Shown: positions 1 through 13,404 of the stretch, piece after piece
How positions within the stretch are numbered: position 1 is the first letter of the stretch
Layout of the letters: each line of letters starts with the position of its first letter
Source of the DNA: Magallana gigas
Taxonomy: Eukaryota
NCBI RefSeq assembly: GCF_963853765.1
Contig: NC_088859.1
Location: 8,866,001-8,930,000 of the forward strand
Reading direction: 5' to 3'
Length of the DNA: 64,000 nt
Translations under genes and position numbers: made by a program
Notes under the pieces: generated by a model
What the model was told of the DNA's origin: nothing
Database searches by the model: none
What the model saw: only the letters and a program-made list of their open reading frames with translations

Positions 1-3000
1 TGCTCCAGGTGGCAGTAACCCTAAAAAATAATCCCCCACAAAAACAAGATCACAAATCATTTTTATTTGAAGCAAAACTTAACTAGCAATATCCGCCGCC
101 CACAAAATGACATCATTTCATTGATTACTGGGAGAGGGTGAACTGGTAAATGAAATAGCTGCAATTCTGTTCGTTTTTTCTCGGGCATGGATTGGTGATA
201 ATGCGATAAGGACGTTAACAATTTGATTCAAAGCTCATCGCAACCTATTATTTACATGAATTAGTGTACATGTAAATACATGACATCCAAATCTATTGAT
301 TTAGTCAGCGACATTCTAGGACACTCATCTTTCCCCGATTTTGTTTACCAAGTCTCTGGACAGTAAATCCATATTCAGCAATTCCATACAGAACCGATCT
401 CTAAAATTGTATGGAAGTCGTTTTCCCGATTTCAGAATTTATACCTGCTTTGCGTCGAGTACATTGATCAATGCAATCTAATTAAAGAACCTATACTACG
501 ACCCGAAGCCTTGTATCTGGTATTCAACCTCATAATTGATTTAAGAATCTAAATCTTAATCAGACTGATAACAATTGATCTGAAATTAAATAAAGATGCA
601 AGAGAATAAATAAGTCCGAGATTTAACCGAATTTTTCAACAGTATTATTTAAAGGGTTATAAATCTATGTCTTCTAATATTCAAAAGTATATTTTATATG
701 AACAAAGTCTTGAATTATACTGTAAAAAAAATGCTGGATTCCTTGTTCTACAATCAGAAAATAAATCAAGACACATAATTCTATTATAATTTTTTTTATA
801 ACTATCTTAGGGACTAGCGATGGTCTACCAGATACTATTTAAGTGCTACTTTATTTCGCTATAAACAAATATGATTAGAAACTGGGAATTTTTTAAAATA
901 AACCACAAACGACAATTTTAAAAGATGAAAATATTTCATCAATTCAATTCCTTTTGAAAGAGAACAACACGATAGTGTTGAAGTAGAAGGAATAACAGGA
1001 AAGCCAACTCATAGCATTGAACAACCCACAAACCTTATCATCGATTTATACACCTGAGATGGACTTTCAATTACCTGTGATTTTCTCGTACACCGATATA
1101 AAAAGTCAAGCTCCGGAACTGTCATTGGGGGTTCTTAAACGTTTATTGATTCGAAACAGCCAAAAAACGAAGCAAAGCATACAGATTCCTACAGCATAAC
1201 GGTTAATGTATAGGGTCAATTAATTGGTAGCGATAGCGAAACGCAATAAAAATGACTCTGTATTGCTGATTTTCAGGCAATGAGATGGAAATGAATGAGA
1301 TACAAATAAAAAGCCCAAAAATATTCCATGAATACTGTGGAAAGGAATAAACCATACTGATGGTTTGAGTTAGAGATCGTTACGTGCAAATGAACGCATG
1401 TTAGCAGGAACCACTTCGCATGCGAGTCTAAAGTTGTGAAATAACGTTACGTAGGAAGAGAACTGACGTCATCAGACAAAATGCCACCAATAACAGTTGA
1501 TAGTACAATACCATATGACCTTTTAACGTTAAATACGTCATAGAATTTTTGATTAAATGTTGATTGCAGGTCTCTATTCAAATTAAGCGATACTCCAAAT
1601 GTGGTTCACACATTAATTTACAGTTAAATCCCAAGTGGAATACCAAAAAATCCATACTGTACATTGCTTGTCTTCTGTGAACCAGATAAGTTATTGGAAT
1701 AGATAGATTCCACTCTTGGAAATTAAATTAAGTCATTATGATCTAAGAATGCAGTTTAGAGGCCTCAAGTAAGGAAATCGATCTTACTTTACAATTCCCC
1801 ATAATAACCGATGTAAATCTATAGATACTTAACGATTTTTTAAGAAGTCAGACCATGGAATACAAATCTTGCAAGAAATTTTTATATGACTTTGATATAA
1901 TTGTTCGTGGATTTTTTATTTTCATCTCACTGTTGACAGTAATCTAAAAAAAACCCCAGCTAGTCAATAAATTGATGCTTGAGTCTACTTAATCATCAAG
2001 TCTCTACAATATGACGAAGGTAAATTAATTAATGTCAATGTTTCATTGGTATATTATGTCAACCATTGACGCACACTATTACTCTGATAATTAAAGTACG
2101 CATCATCCCACTATTGAGTTTCATACACGTAGAGCTACCTTATATATTGGTATTAGCACCTGACCTTTTCCTGGAAGGCTAATGTCTCATATAATTCATA
2201 CCGTAATGATACATCAGATGGAACTACTAACACTTTGCCTGCAATGCCGAACCTTCTTCAGGTGAAAACTCAAAACTCGTTGGTGTGATTTATCGATCAT
2301 TTGTAAGTCTACATGTTTTAAAGATCGAATAAGTTTTAAAACTAATAATTAAAATACATTTAGTTTAATTTAGACTAAAAAATAAATTCTTTATACCGTT
2401 GACTTACAAAACAATTGCTACTTCGTAAGTGCAGTTTTTTTTACTGCTTGCCAAAAAGTAGAAATTCAATTCAATTTAAAGCTACAGATAGTGCATCGTA
2501 AATTTGAACCGAAGAAACACTGGGCGAAAAAGAGCCAAGGGGCAAAATGGGAAAAGCTTGTTGCCTAGCAACATGGAATTAATTGTGATCATAACTAAAT
2601 TAAATATATTGACGTTTAGACAGATCACATTACACACTTATCTAAAATATCAATTTCATGAATGAATTAACCGTCCAACTATGCTGATAACATTTAATAC
2701 TATACTATCAGAAATCATTTTATTTCACAGTCAGTATGTACATTAGTACATGTACTTTAATATTCAGCAGAACTAGATAAGCACTAATGAACATACACCG
2801 GTAGCTGAACATCCGAGATACTAGGAGTTTTGTGACAACCCTCTCACGACGCAGTCATCAAAACATGTCACTTGCTAATGAGTGCTATAGTTTATGCATC
2901 AACATTGCAATTTCTCAATATAGTTCATTCCTATCAATATTGTTTATAAAAATTAACTTTGAGGTGAATGACAAATTATCTGTTCTTTTTGTATGAAAGA

Positions 3001-3157
3001 GAGCCGAATGATCACGGCCATTTTTAGACCCTATTGTTCTCCTTTTGAAGAAGAGCTTTATATAACGATATACATATATCTAATTTAAAAAGCAGAAATA
3101 TATGGAATTTTTTTTCTCTAATCAATAATTTATAACCAAAAAATCATATTTACAGAT

Positions 3158-3496
3158 TTAAGGTGGAATAACACACCTGGAAAAAGTCACTCAAATTAAC
3201 AGGAATTTTTTTGATAATGAAAGATATAGTGATAAATAAACTGCACAAATGTCAAATAAGCGAAAAATTTGCAGTTTGGGGATAAAAAATGAATATCTTA
3301 AATAATTATTCCAGTAATAATGATAAAAGCCCCTGCAAGATACGAACTCGGGACGTACGGATCACAAGTCCGACACTTTATCCACTCGGCTATGGAATAA
3401 GTCACATTTGTCAGTCCATACAATCTTTTTAATAAAACGAAATGTCGTTTCGATCAGCGGTCAGCCATTTTGTGATGATGTGTCATTCCACCTTAA
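3158..3496. mobile_element. TTAA-flanked non-autonomous DNA transposon (Kolobok/piggyBac-like MITE) with an internal tRNA-derived segment
   Basis: TTAA at 3158-3161 and 3493-3496. 13-bp TIR GGTGGAAT(A/G)ACAC with 1 mismatch. Minus-strand tRNA-like stretch at about 3329-3397 with A-box-like TAGCCGAGTGG and B-box-like GAGTTCGTATC. Confidence 0.7.
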
Positions 3497-6400
3497 GGCA
3501 TATCTGATGACCACTAAGCCTCCTTAAAAGGAAATTCGAACGATACAGTCATCACCCATCGGTCTGACAAATTGACTAATCAAATAACTATAAAATATAC
3601 CATTCATTCCTTAAAATCGGACAACGTACGTAGGAAAAATGAATAAAAATTTCACGCCATTTGTAACATTTTAATCCCGTCTATATACAATTATGACTCC
3701 AGAGAAAAAACCCTATGAGGAGCATCTATTGAAATATTGCCCAAATCTATGTTGTTCATTTCATATTCTTGAAAACAAGTTCGTGTATGCAATGTATTTA
3801 GTTTCAACGTATATCTTGTTTAAAGCAATATATTATTTTTGACCCAATAAAGATTGCCACTAAAAGAACAAAAGAAAAGTTTATGACAATGATTCTGATC
3901 TTAGAGGGCTTGAATTTTGTAAGATTGACGTCTGTCTGTCTGTCGGGCATACTTCACACAACATTCAAGTAGATTCTGCACCTGATGTTGACGAATACAA
4001 CAACACAACAATGTTAATTACTGCTGATAAGACATACAAGGAACATTCCTCTGCATTCATGCTCTAATACTAGCAATGATATGTGCTTATAAAGGAATAA
4101 ATAAGCTTGTTATGATCAACCCATTGAATGCTTACAGATATGGATACTTAGTTTGTTCTCGCTAACAATAATAGCACTAGAAAATGAATTCGAATTGCTC
4201 TCAAGGCAACTTAAAATCAACCATTCTATACACTATACTGATGTATGTAGACATTTATCACAAAATCTTTAGATATTAATCAATACAAAACAAAATACAT
4301 ATATACTTACGTTCTACGAAATTCACAGGGCAAAGGGTAAGTAAAGACAACCATTAAATCAGCAATCTCTCTATAAGCCGAGATTGCGGGAACCGAGAGT
4401 GGGCACTGCTAAGTACACAGCGCATGTGTCAACCCAGACCTAGCGATCAATACATCTCAATGTAATCATGGTTACCATTCTCCAATGAAAAAAAAAATGT
4501 TTTTAACAATTTTTGTTTACAGTCAGGCAATCAATTTCCTTTCTGACTTGGGAAAAATAGTTTCTTCACGCCGTAATAAGTGCAGAAAACGGTAAATAGC
4601 GTGATGTCCTTGGTTTATTATTTTTCAAATTGATCTTAGGAATAATTTGCTGCAATGTCCATCGATTTTTATTTCGTAATGATGGACACAACGACAGTGA
4701 CATCCCGCCATTATGGACGAGACTTTTGCATTACAAGAGATGACAGATTGGCGTAGTTCATACGTTCACCATACTCAAGCCATAATGCTGAGCCGACCCA
4801 CCGCTTTTCAGGAAACATGTTCTGTAATTCTCTGAGAGGCGTATCCAGGAGAGATGTGATCTATTAAACACCTAAGACCACAAGAAAATCAATTGATTTT
4901 CTCAAGAACGAGTTAACTCTAATTTGAACGCAAGAATACATGAAATATAGATTAACCCCCCCCCCCAAAAAAAAAATAAAACAAGAAATAAAATTTGTTC
5001 CCAGATTATGTTTTTCCAACGAAAATATAACCTATTATGCTGCGATGTTAGATGCGATCTTTTGTTTATTGGACCGAGTTGAGTTCAAACTTTCTCAAAA
5101 GGTCGTTGAGGAAAACAACTGTTATTTTACTGTAGACTAAGAGAGTCAAATTGTCACATATACAGCAAGATCCAATGTTGGAACAGAATGTTTCCAGCAA
5201 ACAGTATTATAAAATGTTAAAGTACATGTATTTAATGTATCCGCTGACAACAAAAATAATTACAGTAAGAAATACACCAATAGCCTCTTGTTATTGTCGG
5301 TTTTGATGATTCCTATTCAGTCGCGCGATAATACATAGAAAGTATCTTTTATTGGTACTCTGCAGTCTTAAAAAAATTGCTTCTTTTACATATATGAACA
5401 ATCATGTCTATGTCAGAATATCCGCAAAGTTTTTTTTTAAATCAAAGTTTTATTCAATACAAACTAGAATTTATTACTTATTGATTGGTATGATGAAGTG
5501 CAAATTAATAAACATTTGCTTTATTTGATTATTTATTTTCATTTAATTGGCAATATATGAGGGTAGAGTATCCGTGTAAAAATATTTCAATTTTTTTCTC
5601 TTTCTAAAGTGATGCGCGGTTTTTTACACCATGCAGTTTCACGGTTATTTTTCTTTGATTGGCCAAATACAAAACTATCATTGATTTTTTTTGGAGGGGT
5701 GGGGAGGGGGGGGGGGAGTCCAGAGTTTTAATAAAATTCTGCTTTACTACTGAAAATCATGTTACAAATAGAGTAATTATGAAAAATTGAGTTATCGAAC
5801 TTTGGTAAGGAATGAAAAAACACTGACAAACATGCATAAATTTAAAAGGTTCCAAACCCCCATTGAAAAAGAAATGCACATTTAAATTAGTTCAAAAACG
5901 TGGTATTTATCGATTGGAATATAATTTTTAGACTTTGAAGTCGTCATTTACTATACAGCAAAACGAACTCTATGATTTTAAATTTTATGCAGGTGTAGCC
6001 CTATTGCTTAGAAATAAGCAACTTTTTAACATTTATAAAGATACAAAAGATCGAACAGTACAAAATTAACCAAAAAATTAAACATTCTTGGCCGCTGACA
6101 TACATATGAATTTTAAAAGGGCGTTCTAACTACTTCAAATATAGTACTATAGAATTTTTAATTTCGTTATAACCTTTTCAGCTTCGTGTTAACATTTTTT
6201 TAAAAATTGACAGAGTGTAAGTATTCAATTACAATTTTAATTTGATCCAACAAGGCGTCCTTAGTAATGAACTCGTGATTTGTTTGTAAAGTGATTTTTA
6301 AAAAGTGAAAATGTGTTTAAGGTTATGTCTATATTTAACCCTACTTAAGTAGTTTCACAAATTAATTTGAAAATGTGCATCTTGAAGCATACCCTCTTTT

Positions 6401-6565
6401 TCCCAGGAAGTATGAAATGGTGATATTAGCTGGGTAAAAAATATATTACACTATTAACACTAGATTAAGTAAATAAAGAATAAATTAACTCGAAGCTGTA
6501 AGTATAGTGATCGCCTTCAACGGTTTTCACCTCCAACAGGAAATCTTATAGGATGATGTAATCCC

Positions 6566-6567
<2 letters not shown>

Positions 6568-6614
<47 letters not shown>
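6568..6614. repeat. (GA)n microsatellite
   Basis: Perfect GA dinucleotide run read directly. Confidence 0.97.
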
Positions 6615-6616
<2 letters not shown>

Positions 6617-8138
6617 AACAACAAGGTGTATCGTATATCGCGAGAGCAAGTAGTTCAAATTAGATTTCCTAATGTATGTTATATCATTGGGCACATGACA
6701 GCAAAATATATATCAGATGCCTGAATCGAAAGTAGTCTAGAGTTCTAAATATTTTCAGAAATCACGACTGGGCGTTCCGATCTTAGCATCTTCGTAAACA
6801 CACTACAAATACTGCACTACAAATTGTTAGTCACTTCGCAAGGTCCGATGTTTTTATAAATCCGGGAAAGTTATTCTGGCCAACAGGATTGTGAAATGCA
6901 TAAACTGTTACTCATGATAAGTTGTCATGTTGTAATTTTTTTTGTATCTACAACCGTCAAGTATATTTAAACTTTAAACAAGATGGGATAGTGAGCTCTA
7001 GCCTTTCCTCGTCCATAAATCAAAGATAACTTTAAAAATATAGTGGAAGATATACACTAATTTAAAATTTAAATGGAAAATGATTTTGTTCTTCAACAAA
7101 GCAAACTTAACGATTACTTATTTTTTTTCAGTTTCAAATACATGTAGTATCTTTGAGTATAGTTGAGTAACAGTTGACTATGCGAATATAATATTTTCTT
7201 TTGGTTACTAAGTATTTGTATTGATAATTACCTCTAGTCTTAATTTTTTTTTATGTGGATTTCATTCCTAAATGGACGTAATTAAAATCTGAGTAGTATT
7301 CAAGATTGATAGTATTTGGCGATGATAAAATGATTGATCTGTCAGAGCGTCCCTTATTATGATTTTTATCTTTTCAAATTATATGCAAGTTCAAAAGTTT
7401 AAATCGTTTATGATCAATATTGAGGAAGAAATTCTCTGTACATTAGATAAAAATCATGTAATAAAAAGCTGGTTATGTCATATGATAGATTTTTTAAAGA
7501 TAAAGTGTAAATTTCCTATCTTTTCTTTCTCATTTTCCCTGGATATTTATTGGCATATCAAATCCATAAGTATAAATGCAAAATTGAATTCAACTAAAAT
7601 GAACCAGAGCTTGTGCAATGCATGCACATTATAGAGATATACTGTAAGCATGAAAATACAAGCCAAAGGCATAACATCACGAAATCTTTTTCCCATATTA
7701 TATTCGTATTTCATAAAGTACAGTTCAACTATTTTAACTCATATTAACTAGTGTTGTTGGTTCTACAGACAGAAGCACATTAAAAACCGCATGGATATGT
7801 GGACATACTCCTCACAGCGGACAGACTGCCCAGTACGTCATCGTGCATTCCTAGAGGGCGAACTGAGGGGGCCAATCTCATCTGGTATATATCTGCACAC
7901 GTATATGCTCATCTGAATCGGACTGCAATTTTAACGAGTCATTGATTGTCTAAGTAGAGCGATTAATCAAAACATGACACTATTTAAAGAGTACTAGTAT
8001 TCAAGTATCTCCAGATGATCAGATTTGTAGCTTCACTTAGTTCCTGACTTGATTTGATTGTTTAATCGCGCCCTTTCCAATATTTAAATTTGGACTTAAT
8101 TCTCATTCCTTATTGTTTCCTGCTTTGTATGTAAAAAT

Positions 8139-8160
8139 CAACAACAACAACAACAACAAC
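8139..8160. repeat. (CAA)n microsatellite
   Basis: About 7 perfect CAA units. Confidence 0.9.
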
Positions 8161-8757
8161 CGCATAGTGTTTAAGTGATCCATCGCTAACCTTCTTTCAA
8201 TATCTCTCTGTCTCTCTAGATTTAAATTCCCTTCATTTTAGAGAAAAGGGTAATAGATATGACATTCTAGTGTAGTTTATCAATATCTCAGCTTATAGCA
8301 GACAATAATAAACGAATGCGATTACCTGTCGAAAAAGTTTCTCTCAATGAAATGTGTGTAAACAAAAAAGAAAATAGAACACCCATCTCCAAAGGTGTAA
8401 TTTTTTTGACCATCAGTTTTACATACTCATGTGTATGTGGAGTATGACTATACTGGGATAAGTATTCATTTATATAAAATCTCTCGGAGCGTCCATGTAC
8501 CGATCATGAACAAGTTCCTTCCTGGATGAAGTTTCAACGATGTCTAAAAATAGGTTAATGTATTTCCACAAGTAGTCACATGTTTCAAACTATATAAAAC
8601 GACATGATCATTGACTTTCGATGATTTGGAAAAAATTAAAGCCAAAGATAGCAACGCGTACACAGTCGTTGTTAACAACTAACAGAATAAAATATTACGT
8701 TCATCATCAAGTTAGTGTTTTTGCAGGACTGAATTATACAAAAAAGGAAGTTTAAAT

Positions 8758-10780
8758 ATGTCGAGAGCGAGCTTAAAAATGATCCAAAGAAAAGTGCAGC
8801 GACAAGCATTGCCACAAGGTAAAGTACATGTTTCAAAATTTCAGTATTAGAAATAACATTGATTCATTCATCCGACAAACTAGATTCGGCGAATGGTAGT
8901 CATTTTCCATGAACAATCATTCTTATAACTGTAAGAGTTAAATTATCATGATCCACAGATATAAGTTATATGAAATAGACCAAAACAGAATGGTTGTACA
9001 GATTTAATATATTCCAGCGGTCAGACTTGTTGTCCACTATTTTCTTTGTTAACGTTGTGTAACCGTATCGATATGAAATGAACTTATTTTTTTATGTTTG
9101 ACAGATACTAGTATCTGAAGTAAACACTAATATACATGTTTGTATCAGATATGAAATATTTAAACCTTTAAAATAAGAAATAAAGAGAAATTAAGAAACC
9201 AGCAATGGTCATATAAAATCATGATATTCTCTCTTGTTAACAGTGACTCATTTCAATTTTCCCGAGAGCTCCTTGTCCGACTGGACTGCGCAACATGTGT
9301 CGAACTTTTCTTCAAAACAATTGTCTGACCGCGTGAGATACCGGAGCAAGAGAATGATACTGGACATCATAGGAGTCGGTCTGATTGGGTCTACAACATC
9401 CTTCTCCAAAACAATTCAACATTTTGCAGAAACAACTGACAGAATCAGCGACAAGGAGCCGGCGCTTATTTGGGGAACGTCTAACAAACGCACTCGACCA
9501 GGTATGGCGGCGTTTATAAACGGATCCAATTGTCATTCGATGGACTTTGACGATACTTGGCACCCTGCTACTCATCCCAGCAGCCCTATTCTCCCTGCCT
9601 TGTTTGCACTGGCAGACTTTCTACCAGAACAGTACAAACCATCGCTTGAGGACATTCTTGTAGCGTTTAACTGTGGAGTCCAAATACAAGGAGTTTTATT
9701 ACGGTGTTCATTGCAGTCTAATAATATTCCTAACAGGTACCGTTCTCTAGCTAAGAAAAATTATTATCTCAGAAAAGAATAAATATATTATTAACAAACA
9801 ACTGCAACATGACATTTTTAAAGACGGATTTTCAAAATATGTTTATTTTCAGATTACATCCCCCAGCAATAGTTGGTGTAATGGGAAGTGCTGCTGCCTC
9901 TGCGAATCTTTTAGGTCTGGAACCCAAGAAATGCCTACACGCATTATCTATTGCAGCCTCGTTTGCTGGTGCTCCAATGGCAAATGCTGGAACCCTTGCC
10001 AAACCTTTACATGCTGGCAAATCAGCCCGATGCGGGTTAGAAGCAGCTTTTCTGGCAGATCAAGGAATCGAAGGAAACGAGCGTATTCTTGACATGGAAT
10101 CTGGCTTTGGGGCATTTTTCACCGACTATGATCCATCCACTTTTTTTCAAGAATTACAAACTTCTGAAAACCTAATTCTGCACCACCAGGACATTGCTAT
10201 CAAAAGTTATCCCTGTCATCTTGGGATGCACTGGGCCATCGAGGCATCACTTCACGTCAGAAAACAAATTGTAGATCTTTATGGAAACATGGATGCCAGT
10301 TTTGTAAAATCCATTGAAATCTTTGCTCCAAAATCCAAATATATTAACAGACCGGTACCATCTTGCGAACACGAGGCAAGGCATTCGTTTCAATTCACTA
10401 CCAATTCAGCATTGATAGACGGAAAAGTATCTCCTGAAACTTTCGTCTTTGGAAATATTGAAAAAGAGAGAAAAGAATTGTTCACTTTATTACAGAAGAC
10501 AACCATTGTTCACAGAGCCGACAATAAGCCTTGCTTTGACACAATGTACGTCGAAGTTACTGTTACTCTACAAAACGGAGAGAAATTTTCTGCCAGATGT
10601 CTTGAACCAAACGGACATTGGAGAAAACCTTTAACAGACAAAAGTTTGAAAAAGAAGTTTTTAGCAAACTCAAGGTTACTTCCTGAACACCAGCAGACGA
10701 AAATCATTAAACTTGTTAGCAAGATGTCATCTTGTGATTCGACTGATGGTCTGCTGGAGTTACTTAGAACGAACATATAA
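8758..10780 (+). CDS. ACOD1: cis-aconitate decarboxylase (IRG1; MmgE/PrpD family), about 493 aa, 3 coding exons
   Basis: Exons 8758-8818, 9244-9736 and 9853-10780 join in frame at GT-AG junctions (1482 nt). Motifs DFDDTWHPATHPS, RLHPPAIVG, AGAPMANAGTLAKPLH, IKSYPCHLGMHW and KYINRP match vertebrate ACOD1, including the active-site Asp/Thr/His/His/Lys/Lys/Tyr positions. The basic N-terminus MSRASLKMIQRKVQR resembles a mitochondrial leader. An acceptor (TTGCAG ending 8726) suggests an unlocated upstream UTR exon. Confidence 0.95.
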
Positions 10781-11656
10781 CTGTCATAGAAGATTCACTG
10801 ACTTTAGAAAATAAAACTTGATAAACTCTTTTGTGCCTGTAAAATGTTTGTTTTATTATGATTTTTATTGTTACAAAAAAAGTCATGGTTATCTGTGTGC
10901 ATATAAATATTCGGTGTTTTCTTATTGCATTACATTTATATTGTCTCATTGAAATGTATATCGTTAAGATTACTATCATTCATCTTTTTATTTTGAATAT
11001 TCTAGATTGTTTAGAAAATTGTTTTAGATGTAACAATATAAAATTCAATCGTAAAATACTTTTATTTACTTTAACTTAAGCAAGGAAAGCGTTTGGTATG
11101 ATTTTAATAAAAAGATTTCAATCTTCAATCCGTTAACAACACTTTTTATTATGTTTTACTGCTTGTAAATCAGAAAGCTCAAAATGGCAATATTGATTAT
11201 TGTATACTTGGAACTCTCTCTGAAAGGTTGTAAATTGTAAAATATGAAATAAGAAATGAACATTGTAAACAGTATCAGAATAAAATGTACTAGAGGGCGA
11301 TCTGGCCCTTTGTACATTCATGCGGTATAGGGCAGAAAGACCTGTGACTGTGACTATTTATAGAAGCAAGTCCTTCCGCATAGTATCGCACTGTATTTCG
11401 CTTTTTATATTTTCTATAATCATATTTGTCAAATCCTATTATATTCGTAAATTGCAGATAAATTATGACTTTGAAATGTAATATATACATATATTACATA
11501 TATTTTACAATAAATCTTTACATAAGAAATATGATAAATTCGCACTGTTAAGATATATGTGTGTAATATCTACTATGAATATAATGATATTACTTTATTT
11601 ATTAACTTTCTTTTGTAAAAATATAAACGTATATGTATCATCATTTTTTGGTACAG

Positions 11657-11740
11657 AATTACCGATCCAGGGGGCCCTTGGCACCCCAGGTGAGGTATAT
11701 AATGAGGGCCTCTGCGGTGGTGTTGCCTCAAACAAATGTT
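11657..11740 (+). pseudogene. Isolated 84-nt exon-like segment encoding a Cys-module fragment (..GLCGGVASNKC[C])
   Basis: GC-rich island between GTACAG and GTATGT splice-like sites. Symmetric phase 1-1 and open in frame. No partner exons could be joined convincingly. Confidence 0.25.
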
Positions 11741-11867
11741 GTATGTAATTTCAAATAAAACATTAGAAAAATGTTTTACTTTCAAACATTTGGTAGAAAA
11801 TTCATTATCATAATTCTATCAATAGTAAGGAAGCTCATTGAGGCCAGTGCAGTAAATAAATAAAATT

Positions 11868-12205
11868 ATATTGCGCTTAATCGCAATAGTTATTGCGTTT
11901 TAATGCAATCTTTTGCGTTTCTTCGCAATGTACTTTGCGTTTAAACGCAAAAGATAAAACGCAAAAGGTATTGCGATTAAACGCAAAGTGGATATCGTTT
12001 AAACGCAAAGTTTTGCAATTAAATGCAAAGTATTGCGTTTAATCGCAAAAGATATTGCGTTTAAACGCAAAAAATATTGCATTTAAACGCAAAGCTATTA
12101 GTGCGCATAAACGCAATATATTTTGGGAATAAATGCAAAAGTTTTTGCGATTAAAAAGAATAATTTTGCGATTAAATGCAATGCTTTTTTGCGATTAAAT
12201 GCAAA
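11868..12205. repeat. Degenerate minisatellite of short palindromic units (TTGCG-TTTA/ATTA-AACGCAA)
   Basis: Many recurring TTGCGTTTAA / TTAAACGCAA motifs in both orientations over about 340 bp. Confidence 0.85.
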
Positions 12206-12777
12206 GAAGCTGTGAAGCAACTCATTCGAGTAGCGATCATCACTCCCAATTGTTACAGGACATTTCATCAATAGAAAAAAATGTCCCAGAAAAGAGGGAA
12301 TCGTGGAGAAGAATTTTGCATTCTATATTGCCAATCCGAGTTATGAGGGACTGAAAATTGTTGAAAACAAATTGATCACCATGTTTTTCGATCTGCAGAA
12401 ACGAGTGCTTATTTTACAAGGACACCTCGACTGACACCGATATGCATGAGTTATCAAACTTCGGATGGCAACATCGCTTAGCTGAGTCTGTAGAAGACGC
12501 CAATGATTTATTTTACCCTGCGTCATGTAGCAAATCACGAAATGCTATACTGTATACGCGTACATAAATGTCCCATATAATGCCACTTTTTAATGCAATT
12601 TGTTTTAGTGTTGAAACAATTACATCATGCCAACTTTTAATTTTGGTATTGCATCTTTTTTAAAAGTAAAATCAAAAACCACAATACTTGTATGATAAAT
12701 ACATGTATGCCATCCCATTGTTGAACCTGACGTTGTACGTGATATCAGTTTCCAAGATATGAACGTACGGCACTATG

Positions 12778-13404
12778 TTATATATAACATAATAAAATGT
12801 ATTTGAGCTTGTCCTGCGAACGGTTCTTTATTACTTTTACCTTTGTTTCAGTGTCGCGGAATTTCGCTATCACTGGCCTTGGACCGTCCCTGGCACCTCC
12901 TGGGACCGATGAATCGCGATGACGTCCGCAGGTGCGAGATCGATGTTGACAGTTGTTTTCAGTTTGTGACATATGTCATCTCGCAAGTTTTGGTCTGCTT
13001 TTCTTCCCATTTAAGAAATTTAATATTATTTTTTTGTGAATATTGTTGATTCTGGTTAGCTAACGTTAGTGCGTTCTCTGATGTATTTTGAATGTATTTC
13101 AGATTGTCCATCATGCTTCTCAACTCTCGTGCCCGGTTGCTGAACTTTTCCCGAAGAGTTTCAAATTCAAGATTGAAACCGTCCGAAATATCTTTAGATT
13201 CATATTCATTTGTTTTAGTTTCAATTTTTTGTTCGAATTCTTCATTAACCGCTGTTTTGATTTCTAGTGTAGTTTTTTCTTTGATTTCTTTGATTTCTTG
13301 AAGCAATGACTTTTTAACGTTCTTTTTAATTTCTTCTTTAATATCTTTTTTCATTCTTCTCAGATCGAATTAATCATAACTTTCATTTCTGACTTTTTAA
13401 CCAT
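12778..13404 (-). pseudogene. Degenerate non-LTR retrotransposon ORF1-like protein (coiled coil + RRM, L1TD1/Transposase_22-like)
   Basis: Lys/Glu-rich coiled coil followed by NQQYSQKNNIKF..WEE (compare EQYSRxxNIxIxG). After a frameshift comes PRPVIAKF. Contains stops and frameshifts, and no ORF2 is adjacent. Confidence 0.6.

Noticed and set aside
2559-2575. RFX X-box-like palindrome GTTGCCTAGCAAC
   Set aside because: Isolated motif with no associated gene start in the window.
7790-7960. Candidate ACOD1 promoter (TACGTCA, GGCCAATC, TATATAT in a GC-richer patch)
   Set aside because: Plausible given the acceptor at 8726, but no convincing donor or start site could be fixed from sequence alone.
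1-8700. Short ORFs in the 5' part of the window (1017+, 4940+, 7359+)
   Set aside because: Low-complexity AT-rich translations with no motifs or splice-consistent structure.
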